Source of the DNA: Marinosulfonomonas sp.
GTDB taxonomy: Bacteria; Pseudomonadota; Alphaproteobacteria; Rhodobacterales; Rhodobacteraceae
DNA length: 53,809 nucleotides
Direction of reading: 5' to 3'
NCBI GenBank assembly: GCA_019090885.1
Contig: JAHRVC010000202.1
Span: forward strand, 1-53,809
Under the pieces are notes generated by a model. The model was not told the DNA's origin, did not search any database, and worked only from the letters and a program-made list of their open reading frames with translations. Made by a program: the position numbers and the translations under genes. Shown here piece by piece: positions 47,738 to 53,809 of this stretch. Within the stretch, counting starts at the first letter, position 1; every line of letters starts with the position of its first letter.

Positions 47738-49912
47738 TTACCTGTCGATCTTCAGGCGTGCGCGCATGTCTGCATCGACGGGTTGGGGCTGGCCAATCAC
47801 ATCGCCGATCGCCAATTTGAGGTTGGAAAACACCATTGGCGAACCGATCAACGGCCAATGCAGGCCGTCCGGTCCATCGTGCATTTGCATAAGCGACCGC
47901 GCCTTGGTTTGCGGGTGATCCAGCATATCTGCAATTGATTGAACAGGAACCGCAATCAGCCCGGCAATTGTGAGCTGCTCAATCGCCTGTACTCTAGTCA
48001 AATCTTTCCACTGATCCTGTGGAATTTTCGCTCGTAGATCATCGGGCGCGCCAGCAACGCAAACATACCCGTCTGTGCATTCCAACATCTGGTTTTGACG
48101 CACCGCGTCTGGTTCATCATTCCAAAGCGAGGCCGTCATCCACACGGCGATATCCTGCATGGACAGATCCAGATAATCACCTTTCCCGGTCCGCTCTCGG
48201 TTTCGCAAGGCAGCGAGCACAAAGAACAGGCCGACTTCACCGCCCATAAAATCACAGGCAGAAACGCCGGCTTTCAACGGGGTGCCATCCCAGGAATTCG
48301 CGTTCATCAAACCAGCCATCGCCTGAACCACCGTGTCAAAGGCCGGTCGTTCTTCATAGGCTGAATCCGCGCCAAACCCGGAAATTGCGCAATAGATCAG
48401 GCGGGGGTTGATCGACGACATTTTCTGCCAGTCAAATCCACGCCGCGCCAGTGATCCGGGTTTCAGGTTTTCCAGAAATATGTCGGCGCTTTCCAGTAAT
48501 TTCGTGAAAATTTCCTGACCTTCATCGCTTTGAAGATCGACGGCGATGCTGGTTTTCCCAGCATTACTCATGACAAAAAAGTAGCTCAAATCACCATTGT
48601 GCGGCAACCATTCACGCGCGGCGTCGCCTGTGGGTGGCTCAATCTTGATGACCTCAGCACCCAGTGTCGCCAGATGTTTGGTCGACAGCGGCGCGGTCGT
48701 GTATTGACCGATCTCAAGGACGCGAATGCCTTGCAACGGCAGGGCCAAATCGCCGCCGCCCTGCCCGTCCGCTTTAAAGTCGGGTTTTTTGGCAATAAAA
48801 TCCTTGGCTAAGGCACATGCTTCGTCGCGATCAGGAATGTGGTCCGGCACGCGCCCGTCGCCGGTGACCGCTTTTAAAATTGCACCGGGAATACGCATGT
48901 CGCCGGTTTCGGAATGATCCGGAACATGGCGGATCATCGAGCGGTGGCGCAGGTTTGGATCCTGATCGCCGTCCTCCATTCGCAGGATCGGCCCGCAGGC
49001 AATATCTGCGGCCATCAGGATCTCGACGGCCTGCGTAACACTGTGACGACCGACCCAGTCTTGCACAATCTGGTTCACCTCATCCCGGTTTTCCATCCGG
49101 CCCGGCAGGTCGGCATATTTGGGATCGTCGCCAAACTGCGGCACACCCATCACATTGCAAAGCCGTTGCCACGGCGGATTGGAGGCCGAGCACAAAAGAA
49201 GCCAGCCGTCGGACGCCTGAAACGCATTCCAAGGCGCGCACATTGCATGTTGGTTGCCCACCCGCATCGGGGCTTTGCCGCCGAAATGGGCTGGCAGGAA
49301 GGTGGCTAGGGAATTAACCCCAGCGTCATAGAGCGCCATGTCGATGGTCTGGTTGTGGCCAGTCTGGTCGCGCGCGCTCAAGGCCGCAACGATCGCAGCG
49401 GCCCCATAGGTCCCGGTCGAATATTCAAGCAATGGAACCTGCAGCGTCACCGGCGGCCCGTCTGCAAAACCCGTGGTGTGGGCAACCCCGGACATCGCCT
49501 GAACCAGCGCGTCATCATAGGGTTTCCCAGCCAAAGGGCCGTCTTTGCCAAAAGCCGTAAAATCGCAAACTATAGCGGCTTCCTGACAGTCATCGACAAT
49601 GCTCTGCCATGCAGCCGGATCAACATCGCCCGACACCAAAACCACATCGGCAGTTTGGATCAGGCGGGTGAGCATTTCCACGTCAGACTTGTCGTCGGGG
49701 TCCGCAAGGATGGCGTGCTTGCCGGATGCATAAAGCTTGCGGTTTTCCCATTTGTTGCTGGTAGCGGTTTTGCGCGGCTCAACAAAGAACACATCCGCGC
49801 CCGCCTCTGCCAACAAGGATCCGCAGACGCCCACTGAAATTCGGCTGCCGATCTCGACCACACTAATGGCGGCCAGATATTCGGTTGCGGGGCGTGTGTT
49901 GATCTGGCTCAT
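47738..49912 (-). CDS. fused double-module family-III (CaiB/BaiF) CoA-transferase
   Basis: 724 aa. The C-terminal module has the canonical GIRVLEIGQYTTAPLSTKHLATLGAEVIKIEPPTGD. The N-terminal module has a degenerate version (ISVVEIGSRISVGVCGSLLAEAGADVFFVEP). Confidence 0.85.
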   Translation of the reverse strand: MSQINTRPATEYLAAISVVEIGSRISVGVCGSLLAEAGADVFFVEPRKTATSNKWENRKLYASGKHAILADPDDKSDVEMLTRLIQTADVVLVSGDVDPAAWQSIVDDCQEAAIVCDFTAFGKDGPLAGKPYDDALVQAMSGVAHTTGFADGPPVTLQVPLLEYSTGTYGAAAIVAALSARDQTGHNQTIDMALYDAGVNSLATFLPAHFGGKAPMRVGNQHAMCAPWNAFQASDGWLLLCSASNPPWQRLCNVMGVPQFGDDPKYADLPGRMENRDEVNQIVQDWVGRHSVTQAVEILMAADIACGPILRMEDGDQDPNLRHRSMIRHVPDHSETGDMRIPGAILKAVTGDGRVPDHIPDRDEACALAKDFIAKKPDFKADGQGGGDLALPLQGIRVLEIGQYTTAPLSTKHLATLGAEVIKIEPPTGDAAREWLPHNGDLSYFFVMSNAGKTSIAVDLQSDEGQEIFTKLLESADIFLENLKPGSLARRGFDWQKMSSINPRLIYCAISGFGADSAYEERPAFDTVVQAMAGLMNANSWDGTPLKAGVSACDFMGGEVGLFFVLAALRNRERTGKGDYLDLSMQDIAVWMTASLWNDEPDAVRQNQMLECTDGYVCVAGAPDDLRAKIPQDQWKDLTRVQAIEQLTIAGLIAVPVQSIADMLDHPQTKARSLMQMHDGPDGLHWPLIGSPMVFSNLKLAIGDVIGQPQPVDADMRARLKIDR

Positions 49913-49924
49913 TCAAATGCTCAT

Positions 49925-51955
49925 TCAGTTTGCGTCGGCTGCGCGCGCACCCGTCAGTTCCAGATTATCGGCACCAATTTCGGGAACGATACAGGGTTTC
50001 AATGTTGGCGTCCGGCTAAAAGAATAGGGCGCCGATATGATGGCATTGCCGCCCCTGTTTTCCTTTTCAAAGATCAACAGACCGTTGCGCTTGGCGACGT
50101 TCAGATCGTAAACCTCATCCAGCTCCAGCATTCTTGTCGCCCGGATATCTTTGCCGGACAGCTTTTCAACAACCACGTTGCCGGGTTGCGTTTTGGCCCA
50201 GCTCAGGTCCAGATTAGCGGCCGCACACAAGGCAACAACCCAACCATCTGCGGTTTGCACGATTGTATTGGGCGGTAATACCTGATCCCCGTCGGGCCAG
50301 CTAAGTTCACCCATCCACGCGACCGTGTCATACATCGCGATATCCAGAACGACGCCCGCGCCGGTCCGGCGAACCTGACGTAGTGCTGCGATAATTTCCA
50401 ACGGCGCTATATGAGCAGCGGCAAGATCGGCGATCGAAAAACCGCCCTTGATAGGGCCGCTGTCCGAGGCGATGCGGGAAATAACCCCTGCCTCGGCCTG
50501 AATGACAGTATCCAAAGCGGGCCGGTCAGACCCATTGAAACCGTATCCCGAAATGCCACAATAGATCAGGCGGGGATTGATTTTTAACAGGTCACCCGCG
50601 CCCAGCCCCATCCGATCCAGCGCACCCGCCTTTAGATTGAACAGCAGGGCGTCGGCGGTTTTGACCAGTTCCAGAAACGCCGCTTTGCCTTGCTCAGACC
50701 GCAGATCCAGAACAACCGATTTTTTACCAGCGTTGTAGTTGGCAAAGTAGCAGCTGACGCCATCCACCAGCGGTTGCCACAGACGAGAATCTTCGCCGCC
50801 AGTGCCCTCGACCTTTATCATTTCGGCGCCAAGGTTGCCCAAGAAACGCCCAGCGAGGGGCCCGGCTGTATATGGCCCTACCTCAAGAATTTTGACACCG
50901 GCACAAGGCTGGGTTGGCGTTTCAAAACGGGGCTGCGGTTGCGGGGCCTTGGCGGCTGCCCCGGCGCTGCGACGGCACGGAATTGCTTTGCCCATTTGCG
51001 CCACGGACGTCGTTTCGGCCACCGTGCCACAGGGAATACCGCGTTCGCGTAGCTTGGCCAGCGCATCGTCGGTCGTTTCGGTCTTAGTCCAGTCACCAAC
51101 CAGTTCATCGACCTTCTGCACATTGGCAATGCGCGACGCCGCCAGTGCGTAGTCGGGATCATCGGCTAGTTCCGGGCGGCCCATGATGGTTGTCAGGTCC
51201 AGCCAGTTCCCATTGCTCGTGGTGCAAATAATAACGCGGCCGTCACGCGTCTGATAGGCATTCCAAGGGGAAACCAAAGGGTGCCTGCACCCGTTGCGAA
51301 AACCACGGGTTTTGCCAGACAAAACCTTACCAAGAAATGTTCCGGTCAGGGTAAAGCAGGTATCAAACACCGCCATATCCAGCAGTTGTCCACACCCAGA
51401 GGTTTCTTGCACTCGCAGGGCCGCAACGCTTGCCGTGGCGGCATTAACGCCCGTGAAAACCTCTAGGATCGGCAGATCAACGATGGCCGGGATGCCATTG
51501 ATATCGCCGGTCGTGGCCAGCAAGCCGCTGATTGCCTGCATTTCAACCTCGCCCGGATCAACAAGCGGTGGGTCGGCGACGTCCAGCCCAAATGGCGACA
51601 TGGCGCAAACGATCAGGCGGTCGGTATCAAGACCCGTCAACATCGCATCGGCCTGCGCCTTGCCATCAACCGCAATCGGCGGGGTCACGATGACGATCGC
51701 AGCCGTATCGACCAGCGCCGCCCATTGCCCGGCAAAATCATCAGACGTGCCGTCCAGCTCTAACTGCTCGCCTTTGACCTCGGTAAAGGGATGATCGCGC
51801 CACTTGGTTGGTTCGTTTGGCAATGGATCATCGGATACAACCACACGAATGACTTGGGCGCCCAGATCCTCCAACCGGCCAGCACAAACGCTACCGGCCA
51901 GACGGCCGACACGTTCGATGACTTTCACACCGGCAAGTGATCCTTCTTGCGCCAA
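49925..51955 (-). CDS. fused double-module family-III (CaiB/BaiF) CoA-transferase, paralogue
   Basis: 676 aa. The C-terminal module has GVKILEVGPYTAGPLAGRFLGNLGAEMIKVEGTGGED. The N-terminal module is degenerate (VKVIERVGRLAGSVCAGRLEDLGAQVIRVV). It is 12 nt upstream of the paralogue. Confidence 0.85.
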   Translation of the reverse strand: MAQEGSLAGVKVIERVGRLAGSVCAGRLEDLGAQVIRVVVSDDPLPNEPTKWRDHPFTEVKGEQLELDGTSDDFAGQWAALVDTAAIVIVTPPIAVDGKAQADAMLTGLDTDRLIVCAMSPFGLDVADPPLVDPGEVEMQAISGLLATTGDINGIPAIVDLPILEVFTGVNAATASVAALRVQETSGCGQLLDMAVFDTCFTLTGTFLGKVLSGKTRGFRNGCRHPLVSPWNAYQTRDGRVIICTTSNGNWLDLTTIMGRPELADDPDYALAASRIANVQKVDELVGDWTKTETTDDALAKLRERGIPCGTVAETTSVAQMGKAIPCRRSAGAAAKAPQPQPRFETPTQPCAGVKILEVGPYTAGPLAGRFLGNLGAEMIKVEGTGGEDSRLWQPLVDGVSCYFANYNAGKKSVVLDLRSEQGKAAFLELVKTADALLFNLKAGALDRMGLGAGDLLKINPRLIYCGISGYGFNGSDRPALDTVIQAEAGVISRIASDSGPIKGGFSIADLAAAHIAPLEIIAALRQVRRTGAGVVLDIAMYDTVAWMGELSWPDGDQVLPPNTIVQTADGWVVALCAAANLDLSWAKTQPGNVVVEKLSGKDIRATRMLELDEVYDLNVAKRNGLLIFEKENRGGNAIISAPYSFSRTPTLKPCIVPEIGADNLELTGARAADAN

Positions 51956-51975
51956 TGCTATCCCCCCATCAGACC

Positions 51976-53130
51976 CTAGCGAAACGCGTCGATACCAGCC
52001 AGTTCACGTCCCTGAATTAGGGCCAGAATACCGTTCGCGCCATCCGGAATTGGCAGCATGCGAACATCGCGATAAAGCTGCTCCAGCCCGGTTTCTTCGG
52101 CCACACCCATCGCACCATGCACCTGCATGGCTTCGGAAATCGCGGTCTCGCAGGCCGTTGTCGCATAGCGCTTGGCCATCGCCGAGGTGCCATTTGCCCG
52201 CTCACCGTGATCCATTGCATTCAGTGCGGAATAACAAAGCAGGCGGCTGGTGACGATTGCCGTTTCAATGTCGGCCAGTTGCTTTTGCACCAGCTGATGG
52301 CCGCCGATAAATTTACCGAACTGTTTGCGCACACCGGCATATTCGACCGCCGCCTCAAACGCTTTTTGCGCCAGATGAACGGCCGCAAGCCCAACCAACG
52401 GCCGGTTGCCGTTCCATGTGACGGTCAACAGACGTGCGGCATCGCCCGATGCGCCAAGCGAGTTGATCTTTGGCACCCGGCAATTGTCGTAAAGTATCTC
52501 ACCCAGATGCCCCTGACGCAGACCGAGACATGGGATTTCGCGCGTTTGGACACCAGCAGTTTCGCGTTCAACAACGATGCGACGCAGTTTGGAATTGCCG
52601 CGCTCGTCCTTGCCTTCAGAACAGGTCGTGTTGAAAATATCGGCGATCCCGGCATTGGTGATCCAGATCTTAGCGCCATTGATCACCAGTTCATCACCGT
52701 CTTCTTTAACGGTCGTCCGCACCTCACGCGGGTTTGAGCCGACGTTCGGCTCGGTCGTTCCGGTGCAACAAATTTTCGTGCCAGCCAGAATGCCCGGCAG
52801 GAACATTTCTTTTTGCTCAGGTGAGCTTTCGGCAAAGATGCGCGCGGCGGTGCATTCCTGTGCCAAAATAGACATCGAAATCACCGGCGGCAGAATTTCG
52901 AACATAAAACCATAGTCGAGCATTTTCAGCCCGGCACCACCGTCTTTTTCAGGCAGGCGCGGCGCCATCAGGCCCATCTGCGCCAGCGATTTATAAATCT
53001 CCAGCATCGCCTCTTTGGGCAATGGTTTGGATGCATCATGTTTGGCAAGAATTGGGTCTACGTCCCGCTCGACCATCGTTTTGGTCGCGTCGCGAATAAG
53101 TTCTTGCTCAGAAGTGAATTTGAAATCCAT
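51976..53130 (-). CDS. acyl-CoA dehydrogenase family protein (Asp at the catalytic-base position)
   Basis: 384 aa with TEPNVGSN, GAKIWITN and LYRDVRMLPIPDGANGIL. Confidence 0.9.
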   Translation of the reverse strand: MDFKFTSEQELIRDATKTMVERDVDPILAKHDASKPLPKEAMLEIYKSLAQMGLMAPRLPEKDGGAGLKMLDYGFMFEILPPVISMSILAQECTAARIFAESSPEQKEMFLPGILAGTKICCTGTTEPNVGSNPREVRTTVKEDGDELVINGAKIWITNAGIADIFNTTCSEGKDERGNSKLRRIVVERETAGVQTREIPCLGLRQGHLGEILYDNCRVPKINSLGASGDAARLLTVTWNGNRPLVGLAAVHLAQKAFEAAVEYAGVRKQFGKFIGGHQLVQKQLADIETAIVTSRLLCYSALNAMDHGERANGTSAMAKRYATTACETAISEAMQVHGAMGVAEETGLEQLYRDVRMLPIPDGANGILALIQGRELAGIDAFR

Positions 53131-53143
53131 TACGCTTTTGTCC

Positions 53144-53809
53144 TCATGGCATTACAAAGCCGCCGTTAACGCTAAAGACCTGTCCGGTCACCCAGGATGC
53201 CTGGTCGCTGGCGAGATAAGTGATCATGTTGGCATGATCTTGTGGCAGTCCGATACGGCGCGCCGGATACATTCGCAGAACCTTTTTGGTCCGCGCAGCG
53301 TAGCGTTCTTCGCCAATCGCTTCTTTTGTCTGAATTTCTCGCGCCTGACGCAGCTCGGTATCGGTTGCACCCGGCGAAACAACGTTCAGCGTCACACCGT
53401 CCGGGCCAACTTCTTGGGCGACAGATTTGATCAGGGCGATCACGCCACCTTTGGCGGCCGCATAGTAAGACAGACGGGCCTGCCCAACACGCGCAGAATC
53501 CGACGCCATGCAGATGATGCGGCCAAATTTCCGCTCGACCATTCCCGGCAGAACTGTGTGCATCACGTTCAGCGGGCCGTAAAGGCACACATCAATGATG
53601 CGTTTCCAATCTTTCGGGCCGGAATCAAGGAACAGTTTGTCGTCAAGCAATGCGGCCGAAACGATCACAATATCCGGCGCACCAAGATGATCGGTGACAG
53701 ACTGAATCATCGCCTCGACGCTTTCCAACGAACTTATGTCCGCCTGCACGCCAAGTTTCTGACTATCATCGCCGGCAAGACGGTCGGCAGCGGCAAGCGC
53801 GGCCTCGCC
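53144..53809 (-). CDS. short-chain dehydrogenase/reductase (SDR), 5'-truncated by the window edge
   Basis: YxxxK active site (YYAAAKGG) and NVVSPG. The reading frame stays open upstream of the GTG at 53749 to the window end, and the Rossmann N-terminus is missing. Confidence 0.88.
   Translation of the reverse strand, partial: GEAALAAADRLAGDDSQKLGVQADISSLESVEAMIQSVTDHLGAPDIVIVSAALLDDKLFLDSGPKDWKRIIDVCLYGPLNVMHTVLPGMVERKFGRIICMASDSARVGQARLSYYAAAKGGVIALIKSVAQEVGPDGVTLNVVSPGATDTELRQAREIQTKEAIGEERYAARTKKVLRMYPARRIGLPQDHANMITYLASDQASWVTGQVFSVNGGFVMP

Overview
This 53.8-kb window looks like a chromosomal segment of an alphaproteobacterium. Gene content and synteny (ccrM, DUF3576-leuS-lptE-holA, DUF4170-waaA-lpxK, many TRAP/TAXI transporters) suggest a Rhodobacterales-type organism; that is inference, since no search was run. 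About 1-20.5 kb is core housekeeping: leuS, lptE, holA, a flavoprotein, an IMPase-family gene, pmbA, waaA, lpxK, a DsbA-like gene, a DciA-like gene, mutY, an AlkB-like hydroxylase, ccrM and rnhB. It also holds three small unknown genes, including a membrane-anchored winged-helix regulator. About 20.5-35.5 kb carries nutrient-uptake modules: an M20 deacylase + Dpp-type ABC importer + aldehyde dehydrogenase operon, tRNA-Arg(CCU), a LacI regulator, a class-III aminotransferase, and a TAXI-TRAP transporter with UspA. About 35.5-53.8 kb is a dense acyl-CoA catabolic island of unknown substrate. It contains TauE/SafE, two crotonases, three acyl-CoA dehydrogenases, an HMG-CoA-lyase-like enzyme, an IclR regulator, an MFS transporter, DctPQM, a TauD-like dioxygenase, two tandem fused double-module family-III CoA-transferases and an SDR. 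I saw no rRNA, CRISPR array, IS element, integrase, phage gene or recognisable defence gene. The best candidate for something undescribed is the catabolic island. Its key features are the fused CoA-transferase pair with an asymmetric Glu/Asp active-site pattern, a leucine-like lower pathway that lacks a carboxylase and ends in a sulfite-exporter homologue, and a 16-nt motif shared by two promoter regions flanking the IclR gene. All family calls and alignments were made by eye from the ORF translations.
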